A stretch of DNA of 44,448 nucleotides from Dirinaria sp. TL-2023a (Eukaryota): NCBI GenBank assembly GCA_051941275.1, contig JAVEBF010000031.1, forward strand, positions 1-44,448, read 5' to 3'. Of the stretch, positions 24,909-38,404 are shown in pieces. A program made the translations under genes and the position numbers. The notes under the pieces were generated by a model. The model did no database searches, was not told where the DNA came from, and saw only the letters and a list, made by a program, of their open reading frames with translations. Position 1 is the first letter of the stretch; each line of letters opens with the position of its first letter.

Positions 24909-26159
24909 ATGTTGAATAGTATCACGTCATGGTCAACGCTTACCGCTCTTCTCTCTATACATAGAGTAATCGCTGTTCCGCTTTCGCAAGTTCCGTTAGC
25001 CGGTGGCATACTTGCCGGTACAGATCGCAATATATCCGCTGAGCTTTTCACAGACCTCGAAGAGCTTTCGCGCATTGTCGACATATCTTATTGCGTTGGT
25101 ACCACGGGGATCCAAAAGCCTTTCCTATGCGCCAGCAGATGCCAGGACTTTGAAGGTTTTGAGTTGGTAACGGTGAGTCTTGAGTGGAGATAGTCCGACA
25201 GCACAAGTCTATTGTCTGCTAACCTTCTATCGCAGACATGGGAAACGGGACCTTTACTTTCAGATAGCTGTGGTTATCTCGTCATCGACCATACCCCACC
25301 ACATCCTCGTATCATCGCCGCTTTCCGTGGTACTTACTCTATCGCCAATACAATCGTGGATCTTTCAACTATACCTCAAGAGTACGTACCGTATCCTGGT
25401 GGCGATGGCGAAGATACGAAAGACTCAGACCTCCCTGGCATACTTCTAAAACCAGGGCGCGTCTTTTCGCGGGACGTTGATCCAAAGAAGTCAGAGTGCA
25501 CCAATTGTACGGTCCATGCTGGATTCATGACCTCATGGAGACATACACGACCACACGTGGTCCCGCACCTAGACGAGCTCGTCAAGCTTTACCCAAATTA
25601 CCAGCTCTCCTTGGTCGGGCATTCCCTTGGGGGCGCAGTTGCTGCGTTAGCAGCTTTGGATTTTCAGGCTCGAGGTTGGAAGCCTCAAGTTACAACATTT
25701 GGCGAGCCGCGGATAGGGAACGATCGTCTGACCCAGTATCTCGACAAAGCTTTTCCCAGCAATTATCAAAATGGCCAAAGTGAGATGTATCGCCGGGTGA
25801 CTCACATTGATGATCCCGTGCCCTTGTTACCTCTAAGCGAATGGGGTTATAGGATGCATGCTGGCGAGGTCTTTATCTCAAAGCCTGATCTGTCTCCAGA
25901 ACTCGAGGATCTTTGGTTCTGTAATGGCGACGCTGATCCCAATTGCATTGCAGGGGGGCAATCAACTCACGATGAAGCTTCAGGCGATACGGACATGAGT
26001 GTCGAGCTAGACAGCCTGAAAGACTGGCTGAAAGCGGGCAAGGACTTTTTGACAGTCCCGGCTCGTTTCCGGATTTGGCAGCTCTTTTTCGCACATCGCG
26101 ACTACTTTTGGAGACTAGGTCTCTGCGTTCCGTACACCGACACCGAGAAGAGATATTAA
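24909..26159 (+). CDS. Secreted class-3 lipase (Lipase_3; lipase A/feruloyl esterase-like); 2 exons
   Basis: Signal-peptide-like N-terminus; intron 25173-25235. Motifs AAFRGT, VHAGF, GHSLGGA (Ser), TFGEPRIGN, THIDDPVP (Asp) and AHRDYF (His). Confidence 0.9.
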
Positions 26160-26357
26160 TTACGAGGTAACGATGTATGAGAGCGTGTCAGCACCGGGCG
26201 GCGTACTTCGAGTCTGTTTGGGGCTTGCTTTAGCAGAAATATTCACTGTTTTCCAAGACAGGATTAATGTACATGTATGTATCATATCTACCAGCTTTCA
26301 GCCCTCACATCATGCTGCGCTGGTTTATTTACGGAATCTTCGAGGCGCACTGAATTT

Positions 26358-26701
26358 CTAAGCAATTATGTTGGTGATTCCTGGAGCAGAATAGATCTCA
26401 AGCTGTCTATGGCCTTTGCGGAGGAGAAATTCAATAGCAGCGAAATCTTTCTTATCAATCTTGGCATTTTTCCTGAACTCCTTCCTAAGAATGAAATCAG
26501 TGATCACGCTTTCTATAATTCCGGGAACAGTGACCTAGTATAGTTATGAAAATTTGTCCGCACGTGCTAGATTTCCAACTTAGATTCTCGGGTACATCAG
26601 GTTACAGACCTAGGCAGACTAACCACGGGTTTCTTTCGGACTTGTCTAAGGCAATTACGATACAGTGAAAGGACTCCCCGCTGGATCCCAGATAATCCCA
26701 T
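26358..26701 (-). CDS. SDH6: Succinate dehydrogenase assembly factor 1 (Sdh6/SDHAF1, LYR-motif protein), 78 aa; 3 exons; absent from the ORF track
   Basis: Exons 26624-26701, 26535-26566 and 26358-26484 splice to MGLSGIQRGVLSLYRNCLRQVRKKPVHVRTNFHNYTRKEFRKNAKIDKKDFAAIEFLLRKGHRQLEIYSAPGITNIIA*. LYR motif plus the SDHAF1-typical KKDFAAIEFLLRKG. Confidence 0.9.
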
Positions 26702-27047
26702 GTCCACAATGATTCGGCTTGAGTAATGGAGCTACCATACAGGATGATGTATCGAGACCAACTGCAGTTTCCTTCTTAGGGTTGTAAGTTTTTAACGCGC
26801 GTTTAGCTGGCTTAGCCGGCTCGGCCGGTAGCTGCTTTAGGGTTGGTGTAAAGCTCGGGCAGGCAGGCTTAAACCGCGTATTCGTAGACCTTAAGCTGTT
26901 TCTGGATCTCTTGCGCAGGCATATATGATACACCTAGCCGTGATATCACGAATCCGAAAGTCCATACCGTGTCTTACCTTTTCTCGTACTGCCTCCAGAT
27001 CAGATCGTGGTCCATTCATATAATCTACCAGTACCTCAACCCTTGCG

Positions 27048-28024
27048 ATGAACCACTTCCCTCAAGCCTGGGGGCGTGTAAGTCTTCTTCCGGCATTGAT
27101 ACCCCCAAGTATAGCTTATGCTGACATCTGTTGAACACGCAAGCCCAGGGACGACATCTACGGAGCATACGACGCCTCATATCTACACACGAACGGGCCC
27201 AAAACCCACACGCAATCCCCGATAGTAACAGGTACCTCGGTCATAGCCGTCAAGTTCAAAGAAGGCGTGGTCATAGCCGCAGACAATCTGGGTAGGTACC
27301 CAGCACCACCGACTGTTGTTATTGCTCCAGCTTGCCCTCCTCCCACCTGCCTACCCCTCCCAACCACAGCTCAAACGAAACGAGATCACTAACAAACCAT
27401 TTGATTATACTAGCATCATACGGATCCCTAGCCCGCTTCACGGACGTCAAACGCTTACGGCCATTCAACCAAAAATCCATCATCGGCATCAGTGGCGACG
27501 TGTCCGACATGCAATACATCGACCGCCTGCTGAACTCGCTCGCGATCACGGAATCGCACGCGGCCGAAGAAGGCCACGTCTTCTCCGCGCAGAACCTGCA
27601 CACCTACCTCTCGAAAGTCATGTATAAGCGGCGCTCGGACATCAACCCGCTGTGGAACCAGATCCTGGTCGCGGGCCTCGACGGCGACGAGCAGCCGTTC
27701 CTCGCATCCGTCGATCTGCTCGGCACGACGTTCTCCAGCCCCACGCTGGCAACCGGCTTCGGCGCACATCTGGCGCAGCCGTTGCTGAGGAAAGTGGTGC
27801 CGAGCGAGGAAGATGTCAAGAGCGTGGATCGGCAGACGGCGATAGAGGCGGTCAAGGAGTGCATGAAGGTGCTGTTCTATCGGGATGCCAGGAGTATGGA
27901 TAGGTATTCGATTGCTGTTGTCACGAAAGAGGCAGGCGTGGAGCTGAAGGAGGATGAGCAGTTGCAGGGGCAGAGCTGGGCCTTCGCGGAGCAGATCCGA
28001 GGTTATGGGACACAAGTTGCTTAG
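27048..28024 (+). CDS. PRE4: 20S proteasome subunit beta-7; 3 exons
   Basis: [14 protein letters not shown]...[16 protein letters not shown]...[14 protein letters not shown]; also [24 protein letters not shown] and VLFYRDARS. Introns 27078-27143 and 27292-27413. Confidence 0.95.
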
Positions 28025-28188
28025 AGCTTCAGCGGACGAGCCTAGGACAGGCCGAAGCGCCCTCGTGGTCGTTCAATGTGTCAAAAGGGCTTTTACAGTG
28101 CTGCTGTTGGTTGATGGATCATGTGCAAACTAAAGTGTACGGTCCATTATGGTTCACTTGAAACTCGAGCGACATCTCCCGGGTGCTA

Positions 28189-29260
28189 TCATAGCCCTGG
28201 TTTCGACCCCTCCTCTTGCGAGAACTCCACCTTGTTGGTGCAAGTCCCAATGCCCTCCAGACTGACCTCAACCACATCGCCATCTCTGAGCCAGAGTGGC
28301 GGAGATCGGCCGGCACCAACTCCTTGCGGTGTACCCGTAAAGAACAAGTCGCCGGGTAGCAGCGTGGTCCCTTTGCTCAAAAACGCAATCATTTCTCTGA
28401 CGCCAAAGATCAAGTCCTTTGTCACGCTGTCCTGCACCACTTTTCCGTTCACTTTCGTCGCGATCTTCAAGCTTTGCGGATCCTTGATGAGCTGACTGCT
28501 GACGATCCCAGGGCCGAAGGGCGCCCAACCGTCGAAACCTTTGCCGAGTGCCCACTGACCACCGCCACGCTTGAGCTGCCATTCGCGATGCGATACATCG
28601 TTCCCAACAGCATAACCCAGGACGTAATCCAGTGCATCAGCTTCTGACACATTGAGAGCTCGGCGCCCGATGACCACGACCAGTTCGCATTCGTAGTCCA
28701 AACCAGGCGCTTCTTGCGCTGGCGCTGGGACCGGAATCGGATCGAAAGGCCCAGTCACAGAGGTGACGGGTTTATAAAAGAGAACGGGGTATTTGGGAAG
28801 CGGCATGTTGGACTGTGTTGTGTGAATGATGGCCCGAAGTATGAAAGAGTAAGGATACTAACCTCTTTAGCATGCTGCTCATAGTTCAGTCCTAAACACC
28901 GGACTGTCTTGACATCTTCTATTGCTAGCGGCGCCAAAAGGAGGCGTATGTCCTGAGTGGATAGCTCAAGCATCAGAAAAGCCAGTCAATGTCAATTGGA
29001 TTGCCCTATGTGATTTACCGCTATCTGATCCGTGATATCGTGCTTCCCAAAGATATCGCCCTGAATGATTCGTGCCTTTTTCGCTTTGGCGATATCACTA
29101 ACACCATGGGGAAGTATGGCGTCGCCGTAGTATGTCCGGCCATCTTTGGCTAGAAAACGTATGAGACGCTGTGAGCAACGGTCAATGGATGCGATGAGCA
29201 GGTGGGAAGGCGAGGATGATGATCCTCGGATATCAAGACACATACCGAAAAAGCAGGCAT
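28189..29260 (-). CDS. Fumarylacetoacetate hydrolase (FAH)-family protein; 4 exons
   Basis: ATG at 29260 (MPAFSRLIRFLAKDG); introns 29169-29245, 28953-29018, 28813-28862. Motifs CLGLNYEQHAKE, PVLFYKP, DYECEL, GNDVSHR, GKGFD and TGTPQGVG. Confidence 0.9.
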
Positions 29261-29762
29261 TATTTGACCCCCAATTGTTTGAGTAATGACAATCTTCTTT
29301 CCTGCACACCTTTGGATGATATTTTGAAGATTCACCCTAAGACTTTTAGGTAGAAACGTCAAAGTTAGGGAGGCCTGCGAAGTTGGAGTAGGCTAGAGCG
29401 GGGTATTAAGACAGCAACCGTCTCAGCCCGGGCCGAGCCCATCCGATTATTTATGACGTTTCTGGTATGTACATGAACCGAGTCAGCTGCCCCTGTCGCT
29501 CAGCGATGCACATTTCGGGTTAATAGATTTTATGGGCCAATAGATTTGGCCGGCAAATATGTGAACACTATACTTGTGTTCTTCGGCTGGCGGTAGCACG
29601 CGAGAGTTGGAGAGATAGCGGGCGAAGAAGAGGGTCAAATCTTGTTGAGGAACGGATGAAGAGGTCCCGGAAACTTTAAGGCCCAAGATATCAGGCCTTG
29701 GTGACCCACTTGATTGCGGAATTGTAATTGCTGTGTAGGGTAAAGCGTTGCAAATTCGGCTT

Positions 29763-30806
29763 TCAGCATTTCCGCCTCTTTGGTGACCTTGACGTGGTCC
29801 TTGAGGAGGTCCCCGACGGAGCTCCATGTCTTCCGCTCTTTCCCCTGTTCGCGCTTCTCATGGATCCAGAACCAGCTTGCGGCGACCTTTTCCGCTCACT
29901 GTTCAGGCCAGCCATCACTCTTTCTGCTGCGCTCTCTCGAAGTCCTTTAGCTCCAAGAGGTGCTGCTAGTGTCGGTTCTCGGCTGGAATGCAAAGAGTTG
30001 GCCGCCGAAACAAACTCGATTTTTTCTCTCTGAGTTCTTGCTTGCTCCTCCTCAATCTTCTTGGTTCTGGCTAGCTGGCTCTTCGCCAATTCTTCCTTGT
30101 ATGCCCATGCAGGGAATGCCCTAGGATCCCACACGTTGTCGGGCAGACTAGTGCAGTACTGATCTTGGTCTTCCAGGCCCGCGAAGTCCATAAGCTTATG
30201 GAGAAGACTGGGGTTCTTCAATGCGGACGAGCTGGCCAGCTTCTGGTTGAAATGAACGCCCTGCTTCTTGAGGTCAAGGAAGTGCTGAAATTTCCGATCC
30301 ATGCCGGGCGGAGGTGTACCAGAAGGCGAACGAGGTATGTCCAGGTTCGGTACGGCTGGAAGTGTCAAGCTCCGGATCGCTGCGCGGTCGGCAGAGTGGG
30401 GTGACAATGGAGCGTTCTGGTGTTCATGGTCTGAAAACTGGCTTGCAACAGGTCCAGGGGGTCCAACGAAGTCCCCATCGCGGTTTTCATCGTACGGAGC
30501 GGGAGCGTCAATGCTAGATTCAAGACCTCCATTCTGGGGCTCATCTGATAAAAATGATTAGCGTATCCCCGAGGAGCTTGTGCCTCGGTCCCTCGGTCTT
30601 ACCGAATGCAGCTTGAGATTCAGTTGGCATGAATGTAGTATTTTTGGAAGCCTAAAGGTCTGCCCCATTAGCGACCGGAATTGAAAGATCATTGCCAAAC
30701 GATTGAGATGTTATGAAATGCATCATCTCACATGTTGCCATGCAGCATCTTTCGTATCACCATCATCTTCTTCATCGCTAGTCCCATAACCAACTAACCC
30801 AGACAT
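29763..30806 (-). CDS. HCNGP/SAP30-binding-protein-like protein; 3 exons
   Basis: ATG at 30806 (MSGLVGYGTSDEEDD); introns 30652-30731 and 30545-30602. HCNGP-like core KFQHFLDLKKQGVHFNQKLASSSALKNPSLLHKLMDFAGL...TSLPDNVWDP. Confidence 0.82.
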
Positions 30807-31326
30807 TGCAGATTATGATAACCCTTGATTCACAGCACAGAGTTGATGAGCATTTCGGCAAAGTCAAGATGTTTCATGGAGGACCAGGCTAAAGGTCGTA
30901 GCTATTCCTATAGATGCCAAGACCAAGTCGTCGTGATATTACGGGTGTGCTTTGATGAGCACAGGCCATTAGAAGTCACAAAACAGGTAGCAAACTGTGT
31001 CGTCTGAATAATGGGCCTGGGTGCCGGGTGGTGTCTCAGAATTGATCTGCACTTCTGCAGTCAGTTGCACTAGTGTGTACAGCTCGTTCCGTACTTGCAA
31101 GCTCTCCGCCTCTCCCGCTTCATCCTCGGCAAAATTGGCGGACCGCAACAAGCGGTAATTTCGGTGACCCTGTAAGATACCGTACCTAAGATATACAACC
31201 CTAACCTGTCTGTCCCGTGTTGGACGCGAATCGCAAGTCTGCCTGACATCAAGTCTTTCCAGCTCTCACACATGCGAAAACCACCACTCTCTATTACCCC
31301 ATCCGCCTCAGATTTCCACTGTCAAT

Positions 31327-32432
31327 ATGGTAAATTCTGAGTATGATGGAGTTCCATTTAGACCTGCTAACAATGATGGCGAAAGACTTCCATCGGGACC
31401 GGCTATGATCTTTCAAATTCCATATTCTCCCCTGACGGTAGAAACTTCCAGGTGAGTACAATTTGCTTCTTATGGAATCAGCATCTTAACCGTGTATTCC
31501 TAGGTCGAGTATGCAATCAAAGCGGTTGAAAATGGTGGCACATCAATAGGAATCCGGTGCAAAGACGGCGTGATATTGGCGGTCGAGAAGATTATAAGTA
31601 GCAAGCTACAAAAACATGGGGCCAACAAGCGCATATCTGGTGTCGATCGAAACTTTGGCGTCGTACGTTAAGCACTCCTTCTCATGAGCAGAAGGCGCAA
31701 GTTTGTTCATTTCCCTACACAGGTCTTCTCCGGACTCATCCCCGACGGTCGACACTTAGTATCTCGAGCTCGAGAAGAAGCGTCATCATGGAGACAACTC
31801 TACAAGTCACCTATCCCCACCTCCGCCCTCGCCGACCGATTAGGCAGCTATGTTCAGATGTATACTCTGTATCAGTATGTCAGGCCGTTTGGAATAACCG
31901 CGATAGTCGCCGGATGGGATTCTGAAGCGGAGCTTGAGGTCGATGCCCAAGTCGGTAGTGGTCCCAAGTCTGGAGGTGGCGGCAAGGTCGAGGGAATCCA
32001 GTCTGGTGGACCGGGGCTCTACATGATTGAGCCCAGCGGCTTATACTGGGTGCGGTGTTCCACAATGAACGATGGTCCCACGACTAATAATGTGTGTTGC
32101 TGTAGGGCTACTACGGCGCAGCAACCGGGAAAGGTCGACAAGCAGCCAAAGCCGAGCTTGAGAAGCTGGATCTAGCCGCTGGCAATTTGTCACTGGAGCA
32201 AGGAGTCAAGGAGGCTGCACGAATCATTTACGTTGCGCATGAAGACAGCAAAGATAAGGAATTCGAGCTTGAGATGACATGGATAAGCCGTCGTGACGGG
32301 CCCACGAAAGGAGTGCATGAACATGTACCCAAGCACATACTGGAAGAGGCAGAGAAAGCCGCCAAGAAGGCCATGGAAGGGGATGATGAAGACGAGACCG
32401 CAGGTGGCGAGGAGGAAAAAATGGAGGAATAA
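31327..32432 (+). CDS. PRE10: 20S proteasome subunit alpha-7; 5 exons
   Basis: [36 protein letters not shown]; introns 31330-31385, 31452-31503, 31663-31722, 32050-32105. [21 protein letters not shown] and an acidic C-terminal tail. Confidence 0.95.
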
Positions 32433-32667
32433 TCACCAGGCCTTGGAACTCCAATGTACAGTAATTTGGCATGCAGCGAAGGGACGTTCGGACGGAGTTT
32501 TTAATCGAGCCCATCAACCTAGGCAGCATGGCTTGTTGCGGCCGAACTCTCTCACCAAACTATCACAGGCTACGTTCAACGTAATCAATCCTCTCGCACA
32601 AAACATAGGTAGATTTTTGATGAGCATTTCCCGCCTATACCCGTACTTTTCATTCAAAGACATTCAC

Positions 32668-33429
32668 TCAAGCAGCAATCTTCCCCTGCTCCCAATCCTC
32701 CACCTTCATACCCAACTCTACCGCCGCCTTCCCCCAATCCTCGCCATGCTTATGTTTCCCTTCCACCATCCCCGCCCTCGCCTTGCCCTGCTCTTCATTC
32801 AAGACCGTCAGCAGCCCAAAAACGACAGGGGCCCCGGTCTCCAACTGCACACGCATAAGCCCATGGGAAACCGCATCCGCGATATACTCGAAATGCATCG
32901 TCTCCCCCTTGATCAGCACGCCGATGGCAATAACGGCATCAAACGCCGTCTTCAAAGGTTCGGCCTGCTGCTGTGGCTTGGACCCGCTTTGTTCCGGGCT
33001 TCGCGGGCTCAGCGTCAATGTCGTGGAATCGGCGGCCGCGGCATCGGCGATCGGAGCCGTGAGATCGCTCAGTGATGCCGAGGACAGGAGATCGGTGGCG
33101 GAGCGGGGAGCGGTGTTGTGCTGTGCTGCTTGTACTTTGGAAGCGGAGTAGAACCGCTGAACGGCCAGTGGAAGCTCATAGCTGCCGGGGACGGACTCCG
33201 TGACGATATTGTGCTCATGGACGCCGGCCGCGATGAGCGATTTCCTGGCGCCTGATACGAGCGAGTCGATGATCGGGGCGTTCCAGCGCGCGTGAACGAT
33301 TGCGACTCGGAGTGAGGAGCCTGAGCAAGCGGGGCAGGTCAACATCCTATGAAGTCACCGATGGGATGACCGAAAGGGGGACACACCATTGTAGTCTTGG
33401 ACTTCACCTGGACCTTTTAGGGAAGCCAT
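32668..33429 (-). CDS. RIB4: 6,7-dimethyl-8-ribityllumazine synthase; 2 exons
   Basis: ATG at 33429 (MASLKGPG); intron 33321-33386. Motifs IVHARWN, VPGSYELP, IGVLIKGETMHFEYI, PVVFGLLT and HGEDWGKAAVE. Confidence 0.93.
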
Positions 33430-33749
33430 CTCGAGGCGGCAGGAGCGTATTCGAGGTTCCTCAAGTATCTAAGGGCGATTGAGACCTAAGACATTTGGGA
33501 TACTGATTGAATTACTCCCACGTCAAGCGGGATTCAAGATGAACAAACAATTTGTCAGATGAGCATTGTAAGTGTTGCATGTGTTACAAGAGCATGCTAT
33601 CTATTGGACTAGTGTCCCAATCGAGACATTAAGTACTTTTCGACCTTCACCTTCAAAACATGCCATGCAAACCTCTCCCCCCTTCCCTGCCCATGGAGTA
33701 GCACCTTTGCGAAGCATTCCGGCTGACAGAAACTCAATAACTCTATCGT

Positions 33750-36205
<2,456 letters not shown>

Positions 36206-36704
36206 GATTGTTCCGGCTTACTCACTAGGTGTGTCTTTCAAGATGGGCTGATGGGTTGAGAATAGCACACCGCTCGTCTGTCGGATGCGAAGCTCACAGT
36301 CTGAGGCAAGGAGCTGGTAAGGACTAGAGCTAGTAGAAAAAGGAGCTCGAGGACCTTGAGATGGGAAAATGAATCAGCACCAGTGGAGGGAAAGCTGTGT
36401 GATTTATGTAGAATAGCAGTCACACTGACCCTGAATTACCTTCCGTTAGGCCACGCCAGCTGAACCCCTTTTTCTGGGGTTGTGTCGGAGGCGAAACAGT
36501 GTGGAGACTTGGCCTTAGACAGTTCGTATTCGTGCACTATTAATACAGGGAGGCGAGAGACGAACGATTGGGAGGGGGAGGGGAGGAGGAAATGGTTGAT
36601 ACTGCACACAGTCGTTATTTCCTCTGTTGTTGCTTCTGCATCGGGCATTCGCCGTTTGCGGATATTCAGTGGGCGAAAAAGAACGATGACCAAAAATACA
36701 TTAT

Positions 36705-36920
36705 TACCCTAAGGTAAGGTAAGTGATCTCCATCGCGTCCCCCCTTCCCTGGGACCCTGGCTCGCCTCAATCGCCTGGTCCCCCGCCTTGCTCGGGTGTG
36801 GGCTAACGCCGCGCTAGTGGTCCGTCATAAGGTAGGTTAGGTACGGTACCTGCATCTTAGGCTTGGCTTTATCTAAGGAGCTAAGGTAAGGTAAGGGAAG
36901 GTAGCCTAAGGTAGGTAGGT
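36705..36920. promoter_or_regulatory. Cluster of TAAGGTA-type motifs in the GFA1/PGM-like divergent intergenic region
   Basis: Exact TAAGGTA at 36710, 36715, 36828, 36882, 36887 and 36907, plus TAGGTA variants. The regulatory role is inferred from position only. Confidence 0.45.
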
Positions 36921-37430
36921 CTCCAAACAGCAGGGAAATTCACTGGGTACATTAATCAATGCTATCTAACTTGTTAAAGTAGCCGTACTCTGCAGCTCGT
37001 ATCCATGCATCGCTCGTCACCACGAATCGGAATTTCTTAGGCAGCAGCAGCATTATCTGGGAAACAGCAGTCTCGTCTACTGCGTTCCGAATTATCCTAG
37101 ATCTGTATGTAAGTCGCAATTTTGCCCGCTGGCGCCCAAGTTCCGCAGCGCTATTCCCTCCACATTGAATTTTTCGTTCGTAGACCATATCAGTGGTTTT
37201 CCTTGGCCTGGCGGCTCCATAGAGCCATTCCAGCTTGTGTCATTCATGGTCGTTTTGGATCTTCTAATAGACTTGGATCTGTAGTAGCTGGGAGCCGGTA
37301 GACTTGTATTGCAGGGCACGTCACTGAAACAGCGTTCAAGCTTGAGCCAACTTACTCTGAACGCATTTTCTGGGTAGAGAACTTTGGTGAGCTGACAGCC
37401 GCTTCGAAAGGCTAATAAATACTCCAAATG

Positions 37431-38404
37431 ATGCCGCCTACCTTGATTCTTATAAGGCATGCAGAAGCACTTCACAGTAAGCGATTTCAGCCAGTTTCAA
37501 AATTTTCTGGATAGTTTTCTTGAACGTGCGATTATCATATAGAATGCGGAGAAACCCCTTTATACCTTCCAAAAGCGTATGCTGACTCCACGACCATGAC
37601 AGATGTCTCCAATAAGTTTCGCGCTTCAGCGGAATAAGATATTTCGTTGCTGACAAAGTACACAAGACTACACGATTCCGGATCCACCGCTATCGGATCT
37701 GGGATTGAAACAATGCGAGGATCTTCAGGGAAACCTGCGGAACCTTGATCTTGCGCAACATATTGAGCTTATCGTGACGAGTCCAATGAGACGGACACTG
37801 CAGACAACAGAAGCTAGCCTCGCCTGGATTTTAGAGAAAGGGGTCGCGGTGCAAATAAGAGGAGAATGGCAAGGTACTACGCTCTTTCCCAATGGCGATA
37901 TCCAGTCCTGGAAAACACCACAGCATAGCCACTCGACGCCTTTCTTTGCTTGGCTGATCCGTCGGCATAGAGAACTCGGACAAGCCATGTGATACAGGCA
38001 CACCAATATCTACAATCTCGAAAGAATTTCCCAGCCTTGACTTTAGCACAGTCTTCCCAGAATACCCTGCAAAAACAGGAAGGTGGGCGTTTTCTGACGA
38101 AGCAATCGAAAAACGTGGAGAGGACTGCCGCCAATGGCTCAAAAACCGAGCAGAAAAAGTCATTGCCGTAGTTTCTCATTCAGGCTTCCTCAGAGTTGGA
38201 GTAAGCCACATCAATTATGAGAACGCCGATTACCGGATTTTCGATTTCACTGATGATGGAAGTGACAAGCTAGTTGAGTGGCAGTCAACAAGAGAGAACA
38301 ATGGGGGTATGGGTCGGAGTGGGAATGAGCCTAGACATCGTGCAGTGATAGAGAGTGAAAAGGGACTGGGGGAAGTGGTGGAGGAGAAGTTGAGCTCTGG
38401 GTGA
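37431..38404 (+). CDS. Histidine phosphatase / phosphoglycerate-mutase-like protein; probably 4 exons including a 9-nt micro-exon
   Basis: MPPTLILIRHAEALHN (RHxE motif), DPPLSDLG, IVTSPMRRTLQT, WQENSDKPCDTG and AVVSHSGFLR. Introns 37477-37602, about 37612-37663 (non-canonical, see findings) and 37874-37970. An in-frame ATG also lies at 37428. Confidence 0.82.

Noticed and set aside
26277..26543. 88-aa + strand ORF
   Set aside because: Antisense to the spliced SDH6 gene.
27455..28015. 186-aa antisense ORF over PRE4, and similar ORFs over GFA1, EAF1 and SET1
   Set aside because: Explained by codon bias of conserved sense-strand genes.
30843..31007. TGATGA twice and CTGA in the HCNGP/PRE10 promoter as a U3 or other snoRNA
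   Set aside because: No U3 5' domain (box A GGATCATTTC), no terminal stem and no guide identified.
31196..31206. CAACCCTAACC as a telomerase RNA template
   Set aside because: It lies in a roughly 520-bp divergent promoter, too small for the long (over 1 kb) telomerase RNAs of filamentous fungi.
32293..33075. 260-aa + strand ORF overlapping the PRE10 end and antisense to RIB4
   Set aside because: Shadow ORF of GC-rich RIB4 coding DNA with no recognisable domain.
36952..37260. Minus-strand ORF fragments with a faint resemblance to helical or ankyrin-like repeats (IMLLLPKKFRFVVTSDAWIRAAEYG)
   Set aside because: Short, split between frames and without a consistent splice model; the resemblance is too vague to call a pseudogene without a BLASTx hit.
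37477..37666. Stwintron (nested intron) reading of the double branch-point region
   Set aside because: Removing 37477-37602 does not reconstitute a donor or acceptor for an outer intron.
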